45,258 nucleotides of DNA from Gemmatimonadales bacterium (lineage in GTDB: Bacteria > Gemmatimonadota > Gemmatimonadetes > Gemmatimonadales > GWC2-71-9), in the NCBI GenBank assembly GCA_041613315.1, contig JBFJHJ010000028.1:1-45258 (forward strand), written 5' to 3'. The notes beneath the pieces are model-generated. The model was not told where the DNA came from, made no database searches, and saw nothing but the letters and a program-made list of their open reading frames with translations. Positions within the stretch are counted from its first letter, which is position 1; the number at the start of each line of letters is the position of its first letter. Shown here piece after piece: positions 37,097 through 45,258 of the stretch. Made by a program: the position numbers and the translations under genes.

Positions 37097-38464
37097 CTAG
37101 CGCACGTAGACGCTCTTGATGTTCACGAATTCCCGGATCCCGAAGCGCGACAGCTCGCGCCCATACCCGCTTTCCTTGATGCCGCCGAAGGGGAGCCGCG
37201 GGTCCGACTTGACCAGCGCGTTGACGAAGCACGCGCCGGCCTCGAGTTCCTCCGCGGCGAGGCGCTCGCCCTTGGCCACATCGCTGGTGAACACCGCCGC
37301 CCCGAGGCCGAACGACGAGTCGTTGGCGATCTTGAGCGCCGCCCGCTCGTGCTTGGCGGGAATGACCGCCGCCACCGGTCCGAACAGCTCCTCCGTGTAG
37401 GCCGGCATCCCCCGCTTCACATCGGTGAGCACGGTCGGCGGGTAGTAGGCGCCCGTGCCGCTCGGGATTTCGCCACCGAGGAGGCACCGCGCGCCCTTCG
37501 CGATGCTCTGGCGCACCTGCTCGTGCAGCTCGTCGCGGAGGTCCACGCGGGCCTGGGGGCCGACCTCGGTATCCGGCTTGGCGGGGTCCCCCATGTTCGC
37601 ACGACCCATCCGTTCGACGAAGCGGCGCTCGAACTCCTCCCGTCGCGCCTCCACGACGATGAAGCGCTTCGCTGCGATGCAACTCTGACCCGAATTGATG
37701 AGCCGGCTCGCGACGCAGGTCTCGACCGCTTGCTCGAGATCGGCGTCTTCCAGAATCACGTACGGGTCGCTGCCGCCCAGCTCGAGGACCGTTTTCTTGA
37801 GCCGCGCACCGGCCTCCTTGGCAACCGCTTTCCCCGCCGCGGTGCTCCCGGTGAGCGTGACCGCCCGGACACACCGGTGCCGGATGATCGCTTTCACCTG
37901 ATCCGACCCCACGAGCAGCGTGCGAAAGACGTCGTCGGGGAAGTCCGCGCGCCGAAACACATCCTCGATCGCCAGCGCGCACCCCGGCACATTGGACGCG
38001 TGCTTCAGCACGCCGACGTTGCCGGCCATGAGCGTCGGGGCGGCGAAGCGGAAGACCTGCCACAACGGAAAGTTCCACGGCATGATCGCGAGCACGACGC
38101 CCAAGGGCTGGAATGTGACGAAGCTCTTCGTCGCGTCGGTCTCCACCGGCTCGCGTGCGAGGAAGCGCTCCGCGTGCTCGGCGTAGTACTCGCACACCCA
38201 CGCGCACTTCTCGGCTTCCGCCCGGCCTTGCGTCACGGGCTTCCCCATCTCCTCCGCCATCAGCTCGGCGTACTCCCGGGCCCCGCTTCGCAAGATCTCC
38301 GCCGCCCGCCGCATCCGCGTGGCCCGCTCCGCGAAGCCGGTCCGCCGCCAGTCGCGAGAGGCCCGGTCGGCCGCCGTGAGGGCGTCGCGAACCTCCTTCG
38401 GGGTCATGAGATCGTATTCCTTGATGGTGGCACCCGTGGCGGGATTGATGGCGACGATTGACAT
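37097..38464 (-). CDS. NAD(P)-dependent succinate-semialdehyde dehydrogenase-like aldehyde dehydrogenase (Sad/GabD1 type)
   Basis: Motifs IMPWNFPLWQ, LKHA, LTGS, LELGGSD, NSGQSCIAAKR, EELFGPV and PFGGIKESGYGRE. Confidence 0.93.
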   Translation of the reverse strand: MSIVAINPATGATIKEYDLMTPKEVRDALTAADRASRDWRRTGFAERATRMRRAAEILRSGAREYAELMAEEMGKPVTQGRAEAEKCAWVCEYYAEHAERFLAREPVETDATKSFVTFQPLGVVLAIMPWNFPLWQVFRFAAPTLMAGNVGVLKHASNVPGCALAIEDVFRRADFPDDVFRTLLVGSDQVKAIIRHRCVRAVTLTGSTAAGKAVAKEAGARLKKTVLELGGSDPYVILEDADLEQAVETCVASRLINSGQSCIAAKRFIVVEARREEFERRFVERMGRANMGDPAKPDTEVGPQARVDLRDELHEQVRQSIAKGARCLLGGEIPSGTGAYYPPTVLTDVKRGMPAYTEELFGPVAAVIPAKHERAALKIANDSSFGLGAAVFTSDVAKGERLAAEELEAGACFVNALVKSDPRLPFGGIKESGYGRELSRFGIREFVNIKSVYVR

Positions 38465-38614
38465 GGTGACTCCTTCAATGGATCGAGTTCGTGTGTGGTT
38501 CAAGCTAGCCGGTTGCGGCGGTCGCACGCGGTTGGCGCCCCTGCCCTCGAGCGTTGCCGCCCGCGCCTTTCGCGGCTACGTTAGGCCGCTCGATCACAGG
38601 AGCGCGTGTCGGCG

Positions 38615-39931
38615 ATGCAGAGACGCGATTTCGTTCACGTCGCGGGCCTGGGCGTGCTCGCGCTCGCGGCCCCGGCAGTCTCGACCGGGCGGGGACGCCA
38701 CCAGGGCCGTCAGCTCCGGGTGACCGGCGCGCGCGTCAACCGGCACCTCGCCGAGCTGTCGCGCTTTGGGCGCAATCCGCAAGGAGGCGTGAGCCGCGTC
38801 GCGTTCTCTCAGGCGGATCTCGACGGCCGGGACTTCGCCATGGGCCTCATGCGCACCGCGGGCCTCGACGTCGCGGTGGACCCCGTGGGGAACATCCTCG
38901 GCCGCCGGGCCGGCACGGCGCGCGACGCGCCGCCACTCATCATCGGCTCGCACATCGACTCGGTGCCCGAGGGCGGCAATTACGACGGCGACGTGGGCTC
39001 GATGGCCGCGATCGAGGTGGCGTACACGCTCCAGGAGGCGCGGCAGACACTGCGGCACCCCCTGTGGGTCGCCATCTGGGCCGACGAAGAGGGCGGGCTC
39101 ACGGGAAGCCGCGGGTTCGTGGGCGCCTTGACGCCGGAGGACGTCGCGCGGCCGGAACGCGACGGCGTGCCGCTCGGCGAGAAGCTCCGGCGGATCGGGG
39201 GCGACCCCGAACGGCTCGCCGACGCGGCGCACCGACCCGGGAGCGCCGCCGCGTACGTCGAGCTCCACATCGAGCAGGGGGCGGTGCTGGACGCCGCAGG
39301 CCTCGACATCGGGATCGTCGAGGGGATCGTGAGCATCCTCCAATACGATGTGACGGTCACCGGGTTCGCGAACCACGCGGGCACGACGCCGATGAACCGC
39401 CGCAAGAACGCGCTCCTCACCGCCGCGGAGATCGCCCAGGCGGTCGACCGCATCGTCAAGTCCGAGCCGGGCCGCCAGGTGGGAACGGTGGGACAGTTGG
39501 TGGTGCGGCCCAACGCGCCCAACGTCGTCCCCGGCGAGGTGCAGCTCACGGTAGAGCTACGCGATCTCGACCTGGCGAAGATCGACGGACTGTGGGAGCG
39601 GATCCGGCGGGTGATCGAGGGCCTCGCGAGCGGTTACGAGACCCCGGTCACGGTCGCGCCGCGGCTCCGGCTGGTCGGCGCCCAGTCCGAACGGGCGATT
39701 CGGGACGTCATCCGCCGGGCCGTCAGGGCGCTCGGGCTCTCCGGCATGGACATGCCCAGCGGCGCGGGCCACGACGCCCAGTACCTGGCGCAGATCTGTC
39801 CGATGGGCATGATCTTCGTGCCCTCGGCCGGCGGGATCAGCCACTCCCCCAAGGAATTCACTCGGCCGGATCACGTCGAGCACGGCGCGAACGTGCTGTT
39901 GCAGACGGTACTGGCGTTGGATCAACGATAG
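38615..39931 (+). CDS. M20 Zn-dependent hydrolase (N-carbamoyl-amino-acid/allantoate amidohydrolase family) with Tat signal
   Basis: MQRRDFV twin-arginine leader, then GSHIDSV, YDG, DEEG, ELHIEQG, NHAGTTPM, SGAGHDA and SHSPKE. Confidence 0.92.
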   Translation: MQRRDFVHVAGLGVLALAAPAVSTGRGRHQGRQLRVTGARVNRHLAELSRFGRNPQGGVSRVAFSQADLDGRDFAMGLMRTAGLDVAVDPVGNILGRRAGTARDAPPLIIGSHIDSVPEGGNYDGDVGSMAAIEVAYTLQEARQTLRHPLWVAIWADEEGGLTGSRGFVGALTPEDVARPERDGVPLGEKLRRIGGDPERLADAAHRPGSAAAYVELHIEQGAVLDAAGLDIGIVEGIVSILQYDVTVTGFANHAGTTPMNRRKNALLTAAEIAQAVDRIVKSEPGRQVGTVGQLVVRPNAPNVVPGEVQLTVELRDLDLAKIDGLWERIRRVIEGLASGYETPVTVAPRLRLVGAQSERAIRDVIRRAVRALGLSGMDMPSGAGHDAQYLAQICPMGMIFVPSAGGISHSPKEFTRPDHVEHGANVLLQTVLALDQR

Positions 39932-39959
39932 CGACGTGCCGTGCCGGGACCGGCGCTGC

Positions 39960-39987
39960 GACACCCGGCACCTGACACCTCACACCT
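39960..39987 (+). repeat. Four degenerate 7-bp tandem repeats (consensus GACACCT)
   Basis: GACACCC GGCACCT GACACCT CACACCT, immediately upstream of the ATG at 39994. Confidence 0.65.
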
Positions 39988-39993
39988 TCGGTC

Positions 39994-40590
39994 ATGCCCT
40001 GGATCACACAGATTCCCGTTGACGAAGCGACGGGACCGCTCAAGCAGGAACTCGACGAGGCCATACGGCGCGCGGGCCGGGTGTGGCACATCGTGCACAT
40101 CATGAGCCTCAACCCGCGGACGTTGAAGGCCAGCATGGACCTGTACCTGGCCCTCATGTACGGCCGCTCGCCGCTGACCCGCGTCCAGCGCGAGCTCCTG
40201 GCCACCGTCGTGTCGGCGGAGCTGGAGTGCTTCTACTGAACGCAGGCACACGCCCAGGACCTCCGGGACGAGGTCGCGAAGACGACGGACGATGCCGCGG
40301 CCGACGCGATGATCCACGCGGTGGTGCGCGACTGGCGCACGGCGCCCATGGGCGACCGCGATCGCGCGCTGTGCGACTTCGCCGCGAAGCTCACGCAGGA
40401 CCAGCACGCGATGGCTCCCGCGGACCTGGACCGGCTGCGGGCGCAGGGCTTTGACGACACGGCGATCCACGACGCGGTACAGGTGATCGCGTACTTCAAC
40501 TACATCTCCCGCGTGGCGGACGCGCTGGGCGTCGAGCCGGAACACTTCATTCGGCGGTGGGGCGAGCCGGAGCACCCCCCCGATCGATGA
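39994..40590 (+). CDS. AhpD/carboxymuconolactone-decarboxylase-family peroxidase-like protein, probable selenoprotein (Sec at TGA 40237-40239)
   Basis: ORFs 39994-40239 and 40309-40590 are in the same frame, with 23 sense codons between them. Read-through gives a 198-aa protein containing RELLATVVS...C-F-Y-U-T-Q-A-H and a complete C-terminal half (AAKLT, L...GFDD, FNYISRVADALG). Confidence 0.85.
40251..40278 (+). promoter_or_regulatory. Candidate bacterial SECIS element
   Basis: Stem GACCTC (40258-40263)/GAGGTC (40270-40275) with loop CGGGAC starting 24 nt after the TGA, extendable by CGC/GCG below a bulge. Confidence 0.6.
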
Positions 40591-40770
40591 CGCGCGCCGG
40601 CGCCTCGCACGGACCGCTTGACAGCCGCCAGCACGCGAGGGCATCCTAGGAGCTTCAACCGTGACGACTCTCGCGCGTCCGCGGTCCGTCTGCCCCTCAG
40701 CCGCGCGCCGCGCTTCCTGCAGCATCACTTCGGCTCCGGCAGGAACGCTCTCCAAACCAGGGAGGTCCAT

Positions 40771-43665
40771 ATGCCTCGCTTTCTCGTGAGCGCCGGTCTC
40801 ACGATCGCCGCGGCGGCCGCGCTTGTGGCGCTGTCCGCTCCTCCGGCGGTCGCCCAGACCGGGACCATCGAGGGCGCCGTCACCGATGCAGGCACCGGCC
40901 GCGCGCTCGACGGCGCGATGGTGTCGATCGGCGGACGGCCAGTGCCCGCCGGCGCCGACGGCCGCTACCGATTGACCGACATACCGGTCGGTTCGGTCAC
41001 CGTCCGCGTGCAGCTTCTGGGCTACGCGGCCCGCGATCAGCGGGTCACGGTGCGCGACGGGCAAACCGTCGTCGCGGACTTCGCGCTGACCCGCGCGGCG
41101 ATCCAACTCGACGAGCTCGTCGTGACCGGCCAGGGTCGGGCTGTGGAGCGCCGCAGCCTCGCCGTACCACTCGCCGTGATCCCCGCCGAGGACATCGAGC
41201 GCACGGCGGTCACCGACGTCGCCCAGCTGCTGCAGGGGAAGGTGTCCGGCGCGACGGTGAACGCCACCTCCGCACAGGCAGGGACGTCCGGCTTGATCAA
41301 CTTCCGCGGCGTCTCCAGCGTCTTCGGCAGTCAGACCCCGGTGATCTACATCGACGGCGTCCGCGTGGATAACAGCGCGGTCACCTCCAGCGGCACCGGC
41401 GGGGAGGAATCGTCCGCACTGGCCGATCTCCTGACCTCGGACATCGAGCGTATCGAGATCACCAAGGGCGGCGCCGCCAGCACCTTATACGGGTCCGACG
41501 CCGCGTCAGGGGTGATCCAGATCTTCACGAAGAAAGGCACGCCCGGGCCCGCGCGGGTGAACGTGCGCATCGAACAGGGCGCCGATCTCCCGGAGCTCAA
41601 GTACATGTTCGACACGGGCGTCATCTACCCCGATGAGATCACGGCCGGCGCCGACCCCAACTTCCTGCGCAACAACTTCTTCAAGACTGGTCATTACCAG
41701 AACTACTACGTGGCGGCGAACGGCGGGTCGGAGAACACGACGTATTCGGTGAGCGGACGGATTCAACTCTCGAACGGCGTCCAGCCCAAGAACGAGAACG
41801 ACATCTTCAGCCTGAACGGCGCGATCCGCACCGACCTCAGCGGCAAGGTGAGCGTCAACTTCACGGCCAACTACACGCGCAGCAAGTTCGGCCGGTTATT
41901 CAACGGCTCGGCGATCGCCGATCCGCTCACCAGCTTCGAAGTGGGGGACGTGTTCTTCTTTACGGGTGAAGACAACTTCGACGATGCCCTCACCCGTTTC
42001 ATCCTCCCCTCCATCGACGAGACCGTCACCCGCTTCCGCTTCACTTCCGGCTTCAACTGGACGGCCTCGCCGCTGTTCAGCGCCCGTGGCACCCTCGGAC
42101 TGGACTACCGCACGAACACGCAACGCGAGTTCTCCCCCATCGGCGCCGTGTTCATCAACGGCGGCGACGGCCAGGTACAGCGGTTTCAGCGAGACTTCAA
42201 CACCGCGACCCTCGACGTGGCCGGCACCGTCAGCTATCCCCGGGACGGCACCGTGACGTCGAACTTCACGTTCGGCGTGCAGGGGTTCCGGGACGATGAG
42301 GCGATCACCAACGTGACGGGACAGACGTTCGCCCTGCCCGGCACGCCCAACTTCGATCAGGCCGCCACCGTCACCGCGACGGAAAACAACACCGAGATCT
42401 TCAACGGCGGGTTCTACTTCCAGGAAGAGGTCGGGGTCGCGAACCGGTTGTTTCTGAACGGCGGCCTGCGGCTCGACGCGAACTCGGCGTTCGGTGATGA
42501 GGTGAATGTCGAGGTCTATCCCAAAGCCGGGCTCGCCTACTTGATCTCCGAGGAAGCGTTCTTCCAGAACAGCGTCGGGCGGCTGCTGAACACCCTGAAG
42601 CTGCGGGTCGCCTACGGCCAGACCGGGAAGTTCCCCACCCCGTTCCTCCGCGACCGCTCATTCACGGCGACCCAGTTCCGGGGCGAGAGCGCGCCGCGGT
42701 TCGACAACCCCGGGAACCCCGACCTCGCTCCCGAGGTGACCAAGACGGTCGAGTTCGGCTTCGACGCCGCGCTGATCGGCAACCGGGTGGGCATCGGGTT
42801 CACCTACTTCGACGCCAAGACCGAGGATGCGTTGTTCTTCGTCCCCGAGCAGCCCGTCACGGGTCTCGGCACCCAGCTGCGCAACGTCGGCAAGATCAGC
42901 AATACCGGCATCGAACTGGACGCGAGCGCCCAGGTCATCAATAGCCGCGCCCTCCAGTGGAGCCTGAACGCGACCTATCACGCCGTGAAGAACCGGGTGA
43001 CGGACATGGGCGGCGCCGCGCCGTTCAGCATTCCCGGCACGGGCGGCCAGCAGCGCGTGGAAGTAGGACATCCCGTGGGCGCCTGGTACGTGTTCACCCC
43101 CATCGACACGAACGGCGACGGGCTGCTGGATGGCTCGGAACAGCAGTTCACGGGCAGTCAGCCCACCCCCACGAAGAGCGGCAGCATCTCGACCACCGTG
43201 ACGCTGCGCAACGCCCTGACGTTTTTCGCGAATGCCGACTGGGCCACGGGGCATCAGGTGTTCGATTGGGGCTCCATCTGGGCCACGTTTAACGGCATCT
43301 TCCGGCGCGAGCTGATCGAGGACGGCTACGTCTACCCGACGCGCTATGACGTGAGCGGGAACGAGCTCGGGAATTACAGTCAGAACGCCGCCCGGAGCGC
43401 GTTCGTGCTCGACGGGGATTTCCTGAAGGTGCGCGAGCTGGGAGTGCGTTGGACCGTGCCGTCGTCGGCCTACCGCCGCTTCGGCTTCGACCGGGCGACG
43501 CTGTACCTGAACGTGCGGAACGCGTTCATCTTCTCGCGCACCCCGATGATCGATCCGGAGCTGAATGGGCTCTCCGCCGGCGGCAGCCTCCAGCTGGGCG
43601 GCCAGTCGAGCGTGACCCTGTCCCCGCCGAAGCAGCTGCGCTTCGGCTTGGACCTGACGTTCTAG
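40771..43665 (+). CDS. SusC/RagA-like TonB-dependent receptor with N-terminal carboxypeptidase-regulatory-like domain
   Basis: GGAGG RBS, signal peptide, LDELVVTG TonB-box region, plug motif DIERIEITKGGAASTLYGSDAASGVIQIFTKKG, GNPDLAPE and C-terminal Phe. Confidence 0.95.
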   Translation: MPRFLVSAGLTIAAAAALVALSAPPAVAQTGTIEGAVTDAGTGRALDGAMVSIGGRPVPAGADGRYRLTDIPVGSVTVRVQLLGYAARDQRVTVRDGQTVVADFALTRAAIQLDELVVTGQGRAVERRSLAVPLAVIPAEDIERTAVTDVAQLLQGKVSGATVNATSAQAGTSGLINFRGVSSVFGSQTPVIYIDGVRVDNSAVTSSGTGGEESSALADLLTSDIERIEITKGGAASTLYGSDAASGVIQIFTKKGTPGPARVNVRIEQGADLPELKYMFDTGVIYPDEITAGADPNFLRNNFFKTGHYQNYYVAANGGSENTTYSVSGRIQLSNGVQPKNENDIFSLNGAIRTDLSGKVSVNFTANYTRSKFGRLFNGSAIADPLTSFEVGDVFFFTGEDNFDDALTRFILPSIDETVTRFRFTSGFNWTASPLFSARGTLGLDYRTNTQREFSPIGAVFINGGDGQVQRFQRDFNTATLDVAGTVSYPRDGTVTSNFTFGVQGFRDDEAITNVTGQTFALPGTPNFDQAATVTATENNTEIFNGGFYFQEEVGVANRLFLNGGLRLDANSAFGDEVNVEVYPKAGLAYLISEEAFFQNSVGRLLNTLKLRVAYGQTGKFPTPFLRDRSFTATQFRGESAPRFDNPGNPDLAPEVTKTVEFGFDAALIGNRVGIGFTYFDAKTEDALFFVPEQPVTGLGTQLRNVGKISNTGIELDASAQVINSRALQWSLNATYHAVKNRVTDMGGAAPFSIPGTGGQQRVEVGHPVGAWYVFTPIDTNGDGLLDGSEQQFTGSQPTPTKSGSISTTVTLRNALTFFANADWATGHQVFDWGSIWATFNGIFRRELIEDGYVYPTRYDVSGNELGNYSQNAARSAFVLDGDFLKVRELGVRWTVPSSAYRRFGFDRATLYLNVRNAFIFSRTPMIDPELNGLSAGGSLQLGGQSSVTLSPPKQLRFGLDLTF

Positions 43666-43706
43666 TCGCCGTGGGCCAACTCATGACTGCAAGGTGGAGA
43701 ATCGCC

Positions 43707-45170
43707 ATGACGTGGAAGAGATCGCTGCACCTGATCAGTCGGGGCCCGACGACGCTCGCGCTCACGGCGGCCGCTGCCGTGCTGCTGTTCGCGGGATGCG
43801 ACCGGCTCGACCCGACCGAAGTGGACAACCCGAACACCACGGCCGAAGATCTGGCGAAGGCCGAACGGCCGACGCAGTCGCTCATCCCCGGTTTGCGGGC
43901 CCAGTTCGCCCGCGCGCTGGATCCGACCATCCCGGAAGTGGTGAGCGACAACTATTCGATCCACGGGACCGGCATCAACAAGACCAACGACTTCCCCCGG
44001 CTGATCACGCCCGAGCTGGGCCGCAGCTTCGGGGCCAGCTACGAGGACGCCCAGGAGCTCCGGGCGCTCGCCGATTTCGTGCTCGACGTGATCGCGCCTA
44101 CCGACACGAAGGCGACCCCGGAGCTGATCCAGGAAGCCCATTACTACCGGGCGATGGCGTTCCTGCTCGTGGGTGAGCGGTTCGCGGCGGCGCCCGTCGT
44201 CCAGGACGGAGCGCCGGTGGCCTGGCCCACGCTCGTCCAGAACGCCGTCACCGACTTCGAGGCGGCCCGGGGCGGCCCGTTCGACGTTCGGGCGCAGGCG
44301 GCGTTGGCGCGCGCGCACCGACTCTTGGGCGCCGTGGGACCGGCGGAGACGTTCGCCGCCGCGGTCCTCGCCGCCGATGCCACTTTCCTCTTCTCCCAGT
44401 CGTACGACGCGGGGACGGTCTCCAACAATCCGTTCTTCTTCCTGGTGCTACGCTCGCTCCAGGAGATGCAGCCGCTCCCGCGGTTGGATTTCCTCGATCC
44501 CAAGTTCACGACGCGGGAATCGGCGATTCCGGTGAGTAAGGCGGAGGAGATGCACCTCATCCTCGCCGAGGCGGCGTTCTCGCGCGGCGACTGGGCGACG
44601 GGCCGAGAGCAGGTCGCCAGGGCGATCGAGGTCGCCCAGGCCCGAACGCGGTTGGCGTTCACCGACAACGACCCGCGGCTGAACGAAGACCTGACGCCCC
44701 GGCCGCACGATGGATCGATCACTGTGCGCGCCGACCCGAGCAGCCCCTACCGGGCCGGCCTCGTGCTCACACGGCCCGGATCGGTGAACACGCCGATCGT
44801 ATCGGGCACGTCCCTCGTGGCGGACAGCATCCGCGCGATCGCCGTCGCCCAGACCGAGTCACTCTTGCACGCGCTGTTCCTCGCGCGGCAGGAAATCCTG
44901 TTCCTCGAGGGTCGCCGGATGACCGACTTGGGCATCCGACTGCCGGTCACGCTGGAGGAGATCGAAACCAACCCGAACATCTCGCAGGGCGGTCCGGGGA
45001 CGAGCGTCACGGTGCCGAGCTACATCCCGCCCGAGGACCAGATGGACCTCTACGACCCCGCCTCGCCGTATGACGCTGGGGGGAACTTGACCACGACCCA
45101 GATCACCCAGCGGTTCGACCTGAACCGGATCCTGGCGCAGAACAAGGTGTCGCCGTTCGGGCTCCCGTAG
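43707..45170 (+). CDS. SusD/RagB-like outer-membrane lipoprotein
   Basis: Lipobox FAG-C-D, AHYYRA, EEMHLILAEA and RQEILFLEGRRMTDL. Lies directly downstream of the receptor. Confidence 0.85.
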   Translation: MTWKRSLHLISRGPTTLALTAAAAVLLFAGCDRLDPTEVDNPNTTAEDLAKAERPTQSLIPGLRAQFARALDPTIPEVVSDNYSIHGTGINKTNDFPRLITPELGRSFGASYEDAQELRALADFVLDVIAPTDTKATPELIQEAHYYRAMAFLLVGERFAAAPVVQDGAPVAWPTLVQNAVTDFEAARGGPFDVRAQAALARAHRLLGAVGPAETFAAAVLAADATFLFSQSYDAGTVSNNPFFFLVLRSLQEMQPLPRLDFLDPKFTTRESAIPVSKAEEMHLILAEAAFSRGDWATGREQVARAIEVAQARTRLAFTDNDPRLNEDLTPRPHDGSITVRADPSSPYRAGLVLTRPGSVNTPIVSGTSLVADSIRAIAVAQTESLLHALFLARQEILFLEGRRMTDLGIRLPVTLEEIETNPNISQGGPGTSVTVPSYIPPEDQMDLYDPASPYDAGGNLTTTQITQRFDLNRILAQNKVSPFGLP

Positions 45171-45195
45171 CGCGTGGCGCGGACCCAAGGCGAAG

Positions 45196-45231
45196 ACGGC
45201 CGGTGCGTTGCCTCACCGGCCGTTCTTCTTT
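45196..45231 (+). terminator. Intrinsic terminator after the susC/susD-like pair
   Basis: Perfect 10-bp stem ACGGCCGGTG/CACCGGCCGT with an 8-nt loop, followed by TCTTCTTT. Confidence 0.75.
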
Positions 45232-45258
45232 GCCAAGCGCACCACCGCCTCATCCTCA

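Noticed and set aside
36057..38207. 716-aa TctC fusion called by the ORF track
   Set aside because: The N-terminal part is an off-frame overlap of the aldehyde dehydrogenase. The real TctC begins at about 37037 with a lipoprotein signal.

Overview
High-GC bacterial chromosomal segment. The gene mix (SusC/SusD-like pair, PD40-amidohydrolase, many signal-peptide proteins) suggests Gemmatimonadota, which is an inference. I can support about 35 protein-coding genes and one tRNA-Ser(CGA), and I found no phage, IS or CRISPR. Main blocks: (1) a 2-hydroxyacid dehydrogenase running off the left edge; (2) tRNA-Ser preceded by four 23-bp tandem repeats; (3) thioesterase and proline dehydrogenase; (4) a translationally coupled operon of a RuBisCO-like protein and two exported M42-family proteins, one lacking its metal ligands; (5) a molybdopterin oxidoreductase operon with no visible Tat signal (fused 4Fe-4S/NrfD subunit, catalytic subunit, TorD-type chaperone), followed by ferritin and divergent from a TauE/SafE transporter; (6) 2-oxoacid:ferredoxin oxidoreductase alpha/beta; (7) serine hydrolase, MltG, GGT, Rieske oxygenase, amidohydrolase, VOC protein, TctCBA, aldehyde dehydrogenase and a Tat-signal M20 hydrolase; (8) a SusC/SusD-like pair. 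The strongest hidden signal is an AhpD/CMD-family gene at 39994-40590. The ORF track splits it in two, but it reads through an in-frame TGA in a C-x-x-U-x-x-x-H motif followed by a SECIS-like hairpin, so it is a probable selenoprotein. All family calls come from motif recognition by eye; no database searches were run.
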